Source of the DNA: a virus
Taxonomy: Duplodnaviria > Caudoviricetes
Strand: one strand, 5' to 3'
DNA: 64,000 nt
Virus record (IMG/VR): IMGVR_UViG_3300043009_000039
Coordinates: 21,822-85,821 of that record
Each line of letters opens with the position of its first letter. Position 1 is the first letter of the stretch. This document shows positions 44,283 through 54,182 of the stretch, piece by piece. A model generated the notes under the pieces. That model had not been told where the DNA came from. It saw nothing but the letters and a program-made list of their open reading frames with translations, and ran no database searches. A program made the position numbers and the translations under genes.

Positions 44283-46235
44283 ATGAAAAATATCAAGTTA
44301 AAAACATTGACGCTGGATAACTTTCGCGGTCAGTCGCGAACATTATCCTTCAATGACGGGATTACGGAAATCAGAGCCTATAACGGTGCGGGCAAGAGTA
44401 CCATCTTCAATGCGTGGATTTGGCTGTTGGTTGGAACCGACTCTTCGAACCGCTCCAACTTCGACCTTTTCGACTCCACGCAGGAGGTGACAAAGGACAC
44501 ACCCGCCGCCACCGTTGAGGCTGTCATTGACGTAGACGGCGTGGAATGGAACCTTATGCGCTCGGCCAAATCGCAGTGGGTTCGTCCGCGCGGAAAAGAA
44601 GAGTTTGTAAAGGCCAACAGTGACAAGTACACATTCTATGTCGACAACTGCGAGGTTCAGGCGAGCGTCTATCAGGACAAAGTGAGCGAACTCTTTGCGG
44701 GTCAGGACGCCGACTTAATCAAGATGTTCTGCAACCCTTTGCAGTCAGAGAACATAGAATGGCGACAGCTTCGCTCTTTGTTTCAGCGCATCATCGGCGA
44801 GATTAAAGAGTCGGACTTCAAGGGCGACTATTCGCTCATCTCGGATTTAATTGCCAAGCTCGGTTACGATACGGCAAAGCAAGCCACCATGAACCATGCG
44901 AACGATTACAGCCGCCGCTTGAAGATTCTCGAAACAGACCTTGCCGCAAAGGAACGCACGCTTCCCGACTTGTCCGACTGCGACGACGCACAGCAGAAGA
45001 TTGACGCGGCCAAGGCTCGCATTGCCGAGATAGACGCCGAGATTGTCGGTCTTGGCGAGGCGAACAAGCCGCTTGCGGACAAGCGCAGAGAGGAAGAAGC
45101 CGCAATTGTCAAGAAACGCGCCGAGATTCAGCAGTACAAGTTCAACTACGACATTGCTTGTCAGGAGTCACTGCGCGAGTATGAGGCCAAATATCGTGAG
45201 CTTAAACAGCAGAACGATGAAATCATTCGTCACAATGCTTCAATCGAGAAGAGTAAGCAAGTCCTCGAACATGACATCATCGCCGCAAAGGGCGATGTGG
45301 AATATCTCGAAGAGGCTCTGACCGAACTTCGCAAACGCAACGCCGAGGTGAAAGCCCGTGTGTTTGACGACAGCATGACCTGCCCGACATGCAACCAGCC
45401 GCTTCCTTTCGAGCAGGTTGAGGCGGCCCGCAAACTGTTCAACGAAAATAAAGACAAGGAACATGAAGCGATTGTCAAACGCGGTGTTGAAACCAAGGCG
45501 CGAAAAGAGGCGCGGCAAAAACGTCTTGAAGAGCTTGAAGCGAAGCGAGGTACTTTCAACACGAAAGACACCATCGACTTGACTGTTGCCAAGTCCAATT
45601 TTGAAGCAGCGAAAGCCGCGATTGTTCCATTCAACGAAACGGACACCTATCAGGCGTTGAACAAGGAATTGACGGATATGGAAACGAATCGCACCGTCGT
45701 TCCCGAAACGCCCGATACGACCGCTCTCGTTTCAGAGAAGAAACAACTCTTGACCGACGTTCAAAAGTATTCCGAAATCACCGCTTACCGAGCCATCCAC
45801 GAGCGTATCAAAAAAGATATTGCCGTAAAACGGGCCGAAGTGAGCGCCACGGCGCAACAGCTTGCCGAGGAAGAACACAAGCTGTTCAAGTTCACGGAGT
45901 ACGAGCGCGAAAGAGCCGACATCATATCATGCCGCGTAAACCGCTATTTGAAGGTTGCCGAAGTGAAGATGTTGACTACCAACAAGAACGGCGAATTGTC
46001 CGACTGTTGCGTTGTAACGATGGGCAGTGTGGGTTCTACGAAGAACCGCGCAAGCAGAATCATTGCCGGGGTGGATGTCGCCCAAGCGTTCCAACAATAC
46101 TTCGAGCTTAAAGCGCCAATCTTTATCGACGACGCCGACTGTATCGCCGACGAGCTTATTCCGACCACGGCGGGACAGCAGATACGTCTGAGATTTGACG
46201 AAACTTATAAGGATAAACCATTAACAGTATTGTAA
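44283..46235 (+). CDS. SbcC/Rad50-like ATPase
   Basis: Walker A NGAGKST, long coiled coil with CPTC zinc hook, Walker B IFIDDAD. Confidence 0.85.
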   Translation: MKNIKLKTLTLDNFRGQSRTLSFNDGITEIRAYNGAGKSTIFNAWIWLLVGTDSSNRSNFDLFDSTQEVTKDTPAATVEAVIDVDGVEWNLMRSAKSQWVRPRGKEEFVKANSDKYTFYVDNCEVQASVYQDKVSELFAGQDADLIKMFCNPLQSENIEWRQLRSLFQRIIGEIKESDFKGDYSLISDLIAKLGYDTAKQATMNHANDYSRRLKILETDLAAKERTLPDLSDCDDAQQKIDAAKARIAEIDAEIVGLGEANKPLADKRREEEAAIVKKRAEIQQYKFNYDIACQESLREYEAKYRELKQQNDEIIRHNASIEKSKQVLEHDIIAAKGDVEYLEEALTELRKRNAEVKARVFDDSMTCPTCNQPLPFEQVEAARKLFNENKDKEHEAIVKRGVETKARKEARQKRLEELEAKRGTFNTKDTIDLTVAKSNFEAAKAAIVPFNETDTYQALNKELTDMETNRTVVPETPDTTALVSEKKQLLTDVQKYSEITAYRAIHERIKKDIAVKRAEVSATAQQLAEEEHKLFKFTEYERERADIISCRVNRYLKVAEVKMLTTNKNGELSDCCVVTMGSVGSTKNRASRIIAGVDVAQAFQQYFELKAPIFIDDADCIADELIPTTAGQQIRLRFDETYKDKPLTVL

Positions 46236-46236
46236 C

Positions 46237-47001
46237 GTGGAATACTTCGGCGGCTTAAACCTTTTGAGTATCCCCTTTTCATTTGTGGAGCGCAGAGTGT
46301 ATGACGGGCAGGAAGAGCTTATGTTCTGCGTTCCCTTGAAGAGGGCGAGAATACAGCACGATAAAAGAGGAAGATTTCTTTTGAGGTTTTACGCCGTCAA
46401 CCCGACGGATGAAAAATTGAAGGCTCGCGGTTGCACTCACCAATTGATGCTTGCCGCACAAAGAAATATTAAGGAAGAATTAAAAGCGACCGGCGACTAC
46501 CGCATTAACAATGCAGGTTCTTTAATTCCTTACTTGTACGGTGAAATACCGAGAAATCAGGGTCGCGACGTAAGAATCGAGGGCGTACTCGACTATGACC
46601 TTATGTGTGACGAAAAGACCATAAAGGAATGTTGTCCCGACGGTAATCGTTTGCCTTGTATTTTTCGTACCCGCTACGGAAGCGAAAAACCTATGTTTTG
46701 CAAAGGCTTTTTATTTGTCAGGGAAATCCTGAACTCTTCCATAAAGGTGAATCCCGAAACGGGCAAGAAGTATATTCCATGCGTATTTAGAAAGATGTTA
46801 GAAGTCGACAATCAGAAAAATTCCCACGAGGTTGTTTTTGTTCGACCGAACGGCACCGAGGTGCAAATAGGCGTATTCAGAGAATATCTGCCTACGGGAG
46901 GCTTGGTAAACGAAAGAACCGCTAACACGAATCTTGCGCTTGACGCGGAACGTGAATTAAAAAATAATGAAGTCGACACCATAGACGGACTCGACTTTTA
47001 G
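46237..47001 (+). CDS. Protein with two tandem copies of an SSB-like fold
   Basis: Each half resembles 43431..43817 (LNLLSI...FCVPL...G..LL...THQL; ...YIPC...SHEV). Confidence 0.45.
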   Translation: MEYFGGLNLLSIPFSFVERRVYDGQEELMFCVPLKRARIQHDKRGRFLLRFYAVNPTDEKLKARGCTHQLMLAAQRNIKEELKATGDYRINNAGSLIPYLYGEIPRNQGRDVRIEGVLDYDLMCDEKTIKECCPDGNRLPCIFRTRYGSEKPMFCKGFLFVREILNSSIKVNPETGKKYIPCVFRKMLEVDNQKNSHEVVFVRPNGTEVQIGVFREYLPTGGLVNERTANTNLALDAERELKNNEVDTIDGLDF

Positions 47002-47025
47002 TATCAACATTCAAAAAAGAGCAAA

Positions 47026-47451
47026 ATGAGAACACTTTATGAACTTAAAGCGTCACGATTCAAAAAGATGGACGACGCTACGTATAAACGTATCACCGAA
47101 AGCTACATTGTAGCCGCAGTGGACATTGTGGATGCATGTGCCAAATTTGCCGCTTATGCAGGGAAGCATGACTTCGGCGATTACAGCGTTGTGTGCGTCA
47201 AACTGTCCGTTTACACCGAGGTTGTTCAGGGCGAAGAAGATGAAACGTTCTTCAAAGGAAAAATCGGTATAATTCTCGTTGACGAGAAAACGGGCAGGGA
47301 AAAGAAAAACCCGACTTACATCCTTATTCAGTCCGAGGACATCGACTCGGCGAAAGGTATGGCGGAAGATTATCGCAACGGTCTCCTCGCGGATACAACC
47401 CTTGACGGTATTATCGAAACCAAGTTTGTCGACTACATAGACACTATCTAA
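47026..47451 (+). CDS. DUF4494-family protein
   Basis: TESYIVAA...FFKGKI...VDEKTGREKK...ILIQSED...IIETKFVDY. Confidence 0.75.
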   Translation: MRTLYELKASRFKKMDDATYKRITESYIVAAVDIVDACAKFAAYAGKHDFGDYSVVCVKLSVYTEVVQGEEDETFFKGKIGIILVDEKTGREKKNPTYILIQSEDIDSAKGMAEDYRNGLLADTTLDGIIETKFVDYIDTI

Positions 47452-47525
47452 ATTTCTTCATAATGCGGCGGAGGTCGCGGGAATCGCACCTGCGGCCTCC
47501 ATGCGAAAGAAGATTCAAACAGAGT

Positions 47526-48167
47526 ATGAAAGTAAATGTCACCAAACTGACCGATGCGGCCCTTCTACGACAAGCCGCCTCGTACACTACGGGCAAGCCC
47601 TGCAACATGACATTGGCACGGGCCTACGCCTCGCAGCATTCAATCATCCGCACGCAGATATTCTTCGTCACGCTTGAAGATATTCCGCTGTTCGTGGCTT
47701 CGCAACTCGTTCGGACTCACGTTGGCGTTCAGTTCTTTCAGCGGTCAAAGCGTACTGACCGCGGCGGTCTGGATTTCACGGATGAGTGCAGGGAGATTTG
47801 CGACACCGTTTTGTTGGAGTGCATGGAGAATGATATGCCAAGCGTTGCCACAGTGAATAGAATAAGCGACCTACCGAAGAAGTGCGATAGGATGGCACCT
47901 ACCGACTTGGCTTTTATCTGCAACGCCGAGATGATTATCAATACGAGCCACAAGCGCTTGTGTACGAAAGCGAGCGAGGAAACGCGCGAAGTCTGGGCCA
48001 AGGTGGTTGATGCTATTGCGAGTATCGACATAGACTTGGCGGAGCATTGTGTTCCGGCTTGCATCTATCGCGGCGGCATCTGCGGAGAGCCGAGGTGTTG
48101 TAAATTCTATGCCTCGCCCCAAGGTCAAAACGTATTAAACAGTTACAAGAAATTATTCGAAAAATGA
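47526..48167 (+). CDS. thyX: FAD-dependent thymidylate synthase-like protein
   Basis: HSIIRT...VASQLVRTH...QRSKRTDR...HKRLC...ETREVW...CIYRGG (divergent ThyX motif). Confidence 0.7.
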   Translation: MKVNVTKLTDAALLRQAASYTTGKPCNMTLARAYASQHSIIRTQIFFVTLEDIPLFVASQLVRTHVGVQFFQRSKRTDRGGLDFTDECREICDTVLLECMENDMPSVATVNRISDLPKKCDRMAPTDLAFICNAEMIINTSHKRLCTKASEETREVWAKVVDAIASIDIDLAEHCVPACIYRGGICGEPRCCKFYASPQGQNVLNSYKKLFEK

Positions 48168-48409
48168 AGAAGTTGATGGAAAGATGGAAAGAGTATATCT
48201 CTGACAAAAAGAAAGAGCACGAGCATAAAATCTTGGAGGCGCTTACGGACAGCTTTCAGGTGAACGAGAGAAACGGCAAACTGTATCTTGTGATTCACGA
48301 TGTCGCCTTTGCGGTCGTCGAGGATGCAACGAGTGCGGTGGATATTGTGTCGAAACTGAACGAGGCCCGAAACGCGGCCATCGCCTACAAGCAGGACGAA
48401 GAGGTATGA
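48164..48409 (+). CDS. Hypothetical protein (81 aa)
   Basis: ORF with coupled overlaps. Confidence 0.7.
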   Translation: MKKLMERWKEYISDKKKEHEHKILEALTDSFQVNERNGKLYLVIHDVAFAVVEDATSAVDIVSKLNEARNAAIAYKQDEEV

Positions 48410-48774
48410 GCGGTGGATATTTCGATTACAGACAATACGAGCTGAAAGAATGGGCCGACGACATTCTTCGCATTGTCAAACGAAACGAGAAACTTTTGGC
48501 CGTTCCGAAAGGCTCCGCTCCTCCCGTTTGGGCCGACGGCAACTACAGCGAGTACACTGAGCTGGAGTTGGAAAAGCTTAAAGAAGCGGTCTATTATCTT
48601 AATAAAGCGTATATTTACGCGGAAAGAGCAGACCGATTGATTTGCGGTGACGACACTGGTAAATGCTTTCTTGAACGTTTGGAGTTTGACCTCGCCAAGT
48701 TGGAGGAAGAACGCCGTTGGATTGGTCTGAAACCTTCTGATAATTATGGAAAAGAAGAAGAGCGAAGTATATGA
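48406..48774 (+). CDS. Hypothetical phage protein (122 aa)
   Basis: MSGGYFDY N-terminus; ORF in operon. Confidence 0.7.
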   Translation: MSGGYFDYRQYELKEWADDILRIVKRNEKLLAVPKGSAPPVWADGNYSEYTELELEKLKEAVYYLNKAYIYAERADRLICGDDTGKCFLERLEFDLAKLEEERRWIGLKPSDNYGKEEERSI

Positions 48775-49123
48775 ATTTGACCCCGTTATCTATCCCAACC
48801 TTGTATGGATAACGGTCAACACAAAACCTATGGAAGAGTTTGGCGCGGACGAGATGCCCGATTACGCGCACGCGGATACGGGGCGGACATACCGCCGAAG
48901 CGACGGAGAATACGGCGTTTTGCTTCGGTTCCGTTCCAAGTCGCTTATGACCCCGAGCGTTATGGCGCACGAGAGCATCCATGCCGCCTTGTTCATCCTT
49001 GACTATGTTGGAATCCAAATCAATGCCGAAAACAGCGAACCGCTGACCTACCTTGCAGGGTGGATAACGGAATGCTGTCAAAAAGTAAGAAACTGTAAAT
49101 TAAGTCATGAAAATAATGAATAG
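48746..49123 (+). CDS. Small HExxH (zincin-like) protein
   Basis: MAHESIHAA...EPLTYL. Confidence 0.6.
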   Translation: MEKKKSEVYEFDPVIYPNLVWITVNTKPMEEFGADEMPDYAHADTGRTYRRSDGEYGVLLRFRSKSLMTPSVMAHESIHAALFILDYVGIQINAENSEPLTYLAGWITECCQKVRNCKLSHENNE

Positions 49124-49541
49124 TTTAGTGGAAGCAAGGGCGTGTTATATGCGGGCAATAGACGACGCCATGCTCCGAGCCGACGCAGACTTCGTAAATT
49201 TCTGCAAGTCAAAATTGGATGAGATTGAGATAAGACTCGAAGAGTTGAACCGCCGTCAAGCTGTCGGCGGCGATAAAAAGAAGCCCGAAACAGAATCTCA
49301 TTACAAGCCTTTGTCGCCTCTCGACAAGCAGGTGGGCGGCAGTCATTACCTGCTGTCGGTTCAGCCGATAGAGTTTATTCAGAAGAACCATTTGGGCTTC
49401 ATCGAGGGGAATATCTGCAAGTATGCCGCACGCCATGCAACCAAGGGAAAGGAGCAGGATGTCAAGAAGATTATCCACTACGCAAAGCTCCTCTTGAAGT
49501 TGGAGTACGGATGCACCGACGAAGAGATTGCGGATATATAG
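49107..49541 (+). CDS. DUF3310-domain protein
   Basis: QVGGSHY...QPIEFI...GNICKYAAR...KGKEQDVKK. Confidence 0.85.
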   Translation: MKIMNSLVEARACYMRAIDDAMLRADADFVNFCKSKLDEIEIRLEELNRRQAVGGDKKKPETESHYKPLSPLDKQVGGSHYLLSVQPIEFIQKNHLGFIEGNICKYAARHATKGKEQDVKKIIHYAKLLLKLEYGCTDEEIADI

Positions 49542-49596
49542 TCTTTTTATAGTTGCCTTTTAAGGCGTATTGTTCTACGAGCATAAAGTTAATGCA

Positions 49597-51723
49597 ATGA
49601 ACAACCTGATAGATGAAACGGAACTGCGTCGTTTTTGGGACGTAGAGAAGCGTAACGGCATTTTAACCGAGATAAGGCTTATTTCGACCGACGGGAAGAT
49701 AGCGAGCGGATACTTCAAGAATGTAGACAACATCATAGCGGGCCTTCAGGCGTTCCCCAACTACGGAGTCTATTATACGATTAACAGCATCAAGGACGAC
49801 TGCTACGGTCGTCTGCAATGCGAGAAGTTTATCGTAAAGCCCAAGCAGACCACAACGGACGGGGATATTCTCGGGCGTGATATGGTTGTGCTTGATATAG
49901 ACCCCGTGAGATGTGCGGGTGTGAACGCCACTGAAGAGGAACTTGGATTGGCCAAGGCAAAAGCCAACGAGATATACAAATTCCTGCGCGACAACGGCTT
50001 CTATTCGCCGATAGTCAACATCTCGGCAAACGGCGTGCATATTAAGCTCCGCTGTGCGATGAAGAATACGGAAGAGAATACGCTTATTGTGAAAAACTTT
50101 CTGCTCGCGATGGATATGATGTTTTCGGACGAGAAAGTATCCGTGGATACCTCACTGAGCAACGCAGCCCGCATCCTTAAAGCGTGCGGCTCGGCAAGCA
50201 ATAAAGGGAACGACAACCCGAACAGCGACAGACCCCGGCGTATGGCATACTACGTCAGGATACCCGACGATTGGTACGAGAACATCAACTCCAACGAATA
50301 CTTTCAGAAGGTGGCCAATATGTTGCCGCAAAAGGAACAGCCCTCTTACAGCAACAATTACCGCACCGAGGCGTTCGACGTGGAAGCTTTTATCAACAAG
50401 CACGGCATAAAGGTGGCCCGAAAGGTAGTCACAGACCGCATGACAAAATGGGTGCTTGAAGAATGTCCTTTCGACTCGAATCACAAGGCTCCCGACAGCG
50501 CAATCTTCAAGATGGCGGACGGGTCGCTCGGCTTCTGCTGTCTGCATAACAGCCACCGCCACCTCACGTTTAAAGACCTTCGTATAAAGTATGAACCTGA
50601 CGCCTACACGCGCAAGGAAATCGCGGAATACAACCAACGTCAGCGATATTACGGTTCGTTCGAACGGACGCCCTTCAAACCTCTCCCCGAAACGGAGGAG
50701 TTGGGTAAAAAATGGCTCGCCGCGAGCGAAATCAAGCGCGTGGAGATAGACGAGCTTGCTTATGTGTCGATTGGCTATCCCGAGATAGACAAGGCTATGT
50801 GGGGTTTGTTTATGGGTGACGTGACGGTGCTGACGGGTACGAGCGGCAGCGGCAAGAGCAGTTTGCTTGCGTGTATCGTGAACAACCTGATAGAGCGCAA
50901 CGTCAAGGTTGCCATGTACTCGGGCGAGCTTCAGGGATTCCGTCTTATGAGTTGGCAGTACTGTTCCCTCGCGGGCAAGACCTACACCAAGAAGAAGGAG
51001 GGCTACGACAATTGGTACTACGCTCCGAAGAACGTCTGTGACAGAATCGACGATTGGCTGAAAAGAAAGCTTTTGGTCTATAACAACAACTACGGCAACA
51101 ACTTCTTTCAGCTCTTCTCGGACATCAAGGACGTTGTGGAGCATGAGCGTGTTTCCGTTGTGGTCGTGGATAATATGTCCGCGTTGGACTTGTCGGAGTA
51201 TCAGGGCAAGGACTTGGAAAAGCAGACAAAGTTCATTACCGACATCAAGAACTACGCCAAGACCAAGAACATTCACGTCATACTCGTCGTACATCCGCGC
51301 AAACAGTCGGGCGACGGAGAACTAAACCAAAAGGAGTCCGTAGCGGGGTCAAACAACCTGACGAACCTTGTCGACAACGTGCTGATTGTATCGCGAAGGG
51401 GAATCGACTTTCTTAAACGCTTGGGCAACTTCTTGGGGCAGGAGCGGGCAAAGGAATACGAACAGTACGACACCATTGTTCAGCTGTGTAAATGCCGTAT
51501 GAGCGGTCAGCAGGACAGATTCTTCGGATTGTTCTACGAGCCTGAGAGCCGACGCATCAAGAACTCTCGTGCCGAGCATATTGTTTACGGTTGGTGCGCC
51601 GAACCCGTCCAACAGCAGATGGATTTTGCCTCGACTCCACAACTTATCTCGATTCCCGAAGATTCGCCTATCGTGGATATGCCGTTCGCCCCGGCTTCGG
51701 AAGGCGAGGTGGCACCGTTCTAA
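49597..51723 (+). CDS. AEP-type primase fused to an SF4 (DnaB/Twinkle-like) helicase
   Basis: VLDID and SANGVH AEP motifs; CPF...H...CxH zinc module; GTSGSGKS Walker A, VVVVDN Walker B, VVHPRK. Confidence 0.85.
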   Translation: MNNLIDETELRRFWDVEKRNGILTEIRLISTDGKIASGYFKNVDNIIAGLQAFPNYGVYYTINSIKDDCYGRLQCEKFIVKPKQTTTDGDILGRDMVVLDIDPVRCAGVNATEEELGLAKAKANEIYKFLRDNGFYSPIVNISANGVHIKLRCAMKNTEENTLIVKNFLLAMDMMFSDEKVSVDTSLSNAARILKACGSASNKGNDNPNSDRPRRMAYYVRIPDDWYENINSNEYFQKVANMLPQKEQPSYSNNYRTEAFDVEAFINKHGIKVARKVVTDRMTKWVLEECPFDSNHKAPDSAIFKMADGSLGFCCLHNSHRHLTFKDLRIKYEPDAYTRKEIAEYNQRQRYYGSFERTPFKPLPETEELGKKWLAASEIKRVEIDELAYVSIGYPEIDKAMWGLFMGDVTVLTGTSGSGKSSLLACIVNNLIERNVKVAMYSGELQGFRLMSWQYCSLAGKTYTKKKEGYDNWYYAPKNVCDRIDDWLKRKLLVYNNNYGNNFFQLFSDIKDVVEHERVSVVVVDNMSALDLSEYQGKDLEKQTKFITDIKNYAKTKNIHVILVVHPRKQSGDGELNQKESVAGSNNLTNLVDNVLIVSRRGIDFLKRLGNFLGQERAKEYEQYDTIVQLCKCRMSGQQDRFFGLFYEPESRRIKNSRAEHIVYGWCAEPVQQQMDFASTPQLISIPEDSPIVDMPFAPASEGEVAPF

Positions 51724-51731
51724 AATGATTA

Positions 51732-52535
51732 ATGATGAAACTGATAAAAGGAAATTGTTTGGAGGTGTTGCCCACGTTGGAGTCGGGCAGTGTGGATTTG
51801 ATTCTTACCGACCTGCCCTACGGAGTCTTGAACAAGAGCAACAAACATGCCGTATGGGACGAGATGCTCCCGCTTGACGTGTTGTGGGCCGAATTTAAGC
51901 GAATCATTAAATCGGGCGGAGCGATTGTCCTCTTCTCGCAGGGAATGTTTACAGCCGAACTTATGATGAGCAACCCGAAGATGTGGCGTTACAACCTGAT
52001 ATGGGATAAGGGCCGAACGACGGGATTCCTGAATGCCAATCGGATGCCGCTCAGACGTCACGAGGATATATGCGTTTTTTACGACAAGCTGCCGACCTAC
52101 AATCCGCAGATGTCGAAGTGCGAGCCTCACCAACGTAATCACAGCCGAGGCAAACCGAAAGGAACCCCTACGAATCGCTGTTACGGAGGGTATTCGGATT
52201 TGGCCGCCGTAATATCGGACGAAAAGTTTCCGACAAGCATTATAGACATTCAAAAAGGGCACAAGAACGGTTCCTACTTTCACCCGACCGAAAAGCCCGT
52301 TCCGCTTCTTGAATATCTCATAAAGACTTACTCCAACGAGGGCGATACGGTGCTTGACGCCACGATGGGGAGCGGCAGTACAATGGTTGCCTGCGTGAAC
52401 ACCAACCGACACGGCATCGGGATAGAGTTGCATGACGGCTATTTTGAAACCGCGGTCAAGAGGGTTCAAGACGCACAAAACGAGGCGGTTAAGTCGGTTG
52501 AAAAAGATAAAGCCAAGCAATTGTCTTTGTTCTAA
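51732..52535 (+). CDS. Beta-class N4/N6 DNA methyltransferase
   Basis: TDLPYG (motif IV), HPTEKP, LDATMGSGST (motif I), GIEL. Confidence 0.92.
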   Translation: MMKLIKGNCLEVLPTLESGSVDLILTDLPYGVLNKSNKHAVWDEMLPLDVLWAEFKRIIKSGGAIVLFSQGMFTAELMMSNPKMWRYNLIWDKGRTTGFLNANRMPLRRHEDICVFYDKLPTYNPQMSKCEPHQRNHSRGKPKGTPTNRCYGGYSDLAAVISDEKFPTSIIDIQKGHKNGSYFHPTEKPVPLLEYLIKTYSNEGDTVLDATMGSGSTMVACVNTNRHGIGIELHDGYFETAVKRVQDAQNEAVKSVEKDKAKQLSLF

Positions 52536-52587
52536 AATTTATTGGAAAATTAGAGGTAAATCATTTCTATTTTCTTCAAACATTTTG

Positions 52588-52595
52588 TATATTTG
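52588..52595 (+). promoter_or_regulatory. -7 promoter box upstream of recT
   Basis: TATATTTG; no clear -33 box. Confidence 0.5.
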
Positions 52596-52679
52596 TAGAG
52601 GATACCGCGACATCCTATTAAAGACTTTAAAAAGCCCTTTTCGATGCGTCGCGGCTCGGAAGGGGCTTTACTTTTAACT

Positions 52680-53546
52680 ATGGCAGAAAATCAGGTGGCT
52701 GTCAATCAGCCGCAAAAGCCCGTGTCGGGACTTCAGCTGTTGACGCAGAAGTTAAATTCCGACACAATCCAAAAGAAATTCGCCGATATGCTCGGCAAGA
52801 AGAGCGTGGGGTTTCTCGCGTCGGTTTCGAACGTTGTGACAAACAACTCTCTGCTTAGAAACGCAGACCCAAATTCGATTATCCTCGCGGCGGCACAAGC
52901 GGCGGCGCTGGACTTGCCCATCAATCCGAACCTCGGCTACGCGGCCATTGTTCCGTATGACGGCAAGGCGCAGTTTCAGCTCATGCGCGACGGTTTCGTT
53001 GAGCTTGCCCTTCGAACGGGGCAGATTGTTTCGCTCGTGAACGAAGTCGTCTACGAGGGCGAGCTGGTAAGACAGAACCGATTCAGAGATGAATACGAGT
53101 TTGACGAAAGCAAGCGCACCTCGAACAAGGTTATCGGTTACATGGCCTACGCACAGCTCGCCAACGGCTTTGAAAAGACGGTTTATTGGGATGTTGAGCG
53201 TGTAAAAGCTCACGGCATGAAGTATTCCAAGACGTTCAAAAACAGTAAAAGTCTGTGGGTCACTGACTTCGACAACATGGGACTAAAGACCGTCTTAAAG
53301 TATCTTATTAAGAAATACCTCCCTAAATCAATCGAAATGATGCGGGCGGTCGAATACGACGGCGCTACGGTGGGCGGCACTATTGACGCTCCAATTGCCA
53401 ACTATGTCGACAATGCCGATGCGCAGAATGTCGACTATGAAGAGGTTATCAATATCGACGAAGTTCAGGAAGAAGCCATTGGGGCGGTTAACGGAAAGAA
53501 ACCGCACAAACAAAATACGACCGCTGAGATAGCGGACGATTTCTGA
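52680..53546 (+). CDS. recT: RecT-family single-strand annealing recombinase
   Basis: LDLPINPNLGYAAIVPYDGKAQFQLMRDG...VYEGE...VIGYMAY...KTVYW...M.LKTVLK. Confidence 0.9.
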   Translation: MAENQVAVNQPQKPVSGLQLLTQKLNSDTIQKKFADMLGKKSVGFLASVSNVVTNNSLLRNADPNSIILAAAQAAALDLPINPNLGYAAIVPYDGKAQFQLMRDGFVELALRTGQIVSLVNEVVYEGELVRQNRFRDEYEFDESKRTSNKVIGYMAYAQLANGFEKTVYWDVERVKAHGMKYSKTFKNSKSLWVTDFDNMGLKTVLKYLIKKYLPKSIEMMRAVEYDGATVGGTIDAPIANYVDNADAQNVDYEEVINIDEVQEEAIGAVNGKKPHKQNTTAEIADDF

Positions 53547-53570
53547 TAATTGGATTTCTTTTCTCATCTT

Positions 53571-53611
53571 CAAGGGACTGTCTTTTAACGATTCGCAGTC
53601 CCTTGTTTTTA
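53571..53611 (+). terminator. Intrinsic terminator after recT
   Basis: CAAGGGACTG...CAGTCCCTTG followed by TTTTT. Confidence 0.7.
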
Positions 53612-53631
53612 AAAATCTAAGACTGACAAAA

Positions 53632-53847
53632 ATGAATAATATACCAAGACGCGGCATGAGCTTGCTAAGCACGCTCTTTGTCATTTTCCTTATCCTGAAA
53701 CTTACCTCCCTGATTGATTGGTCATGGTGGTGGGTTACATCTCCGCTATGGATTCCGTTTGCGGCATTCGGCGCCTTATCCGTAATAATCATAGTTATTT
53801 TCGCAGTAATGGATATACTTGGAATAAGGAGGGGAGGATGGAATTAG
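53632..53847 (+). CDS. Two-TM membrane protein (71 aa)
   Basis: LFVIFLILKLTSLIDWSWWWVTSPLWIP pattern. Confidence 0.75.
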   Translation: MNNIPRRGMSLLSTLFVIFLILKLTSLIDWSWWWVTSPLWIPFAAFGALSVIIIVIFAVMDILGIRRGGWN

Positions 53848-54182
53848 AGGAAATAAAGGAATATACCTCCTCACAGCTTAGACGAGCCTATGAGGATATA
53901 TGCGAGGAATACGCCAAGCGAATGTGTGAAAGATTCGGCATCGACTATGATACCTGCTTTTGGGTATGCGATGAGGTTGGCACCGTTTTCTGCGCGGACA
54001 ATATAGATTTCTCCCTCGGCATGGACGACATCATATTCATTGTGGAAAAACGCCTTTCATGGGACGACTTTTGGGAATATTGGTCGTACAACATGGAGGA
54101 AACTCTGAAATATAAATTAAACAGTTTTCCAATTAACATGAAGTCATGGTTTAACGGATATAGACCCGAAAATTACTCATGA
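53838..54182 (+). CDS. Hypothetical protein (114 aa; start MELEEI)
   Basis: ORF ending in an ATGA overlap with the methyltransferase gene. Confidence 0.7.
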   Translation: MELEEIKEYTSSQLRRAYEDICEEYAKRMCERFGIDYDTCFWVCDEVGTVFCADNIDFSLGMDDIIFIVEKRLSWDDFWEYWSYNMEETLKYKLNSFPINMKSWFNGYRPENYS

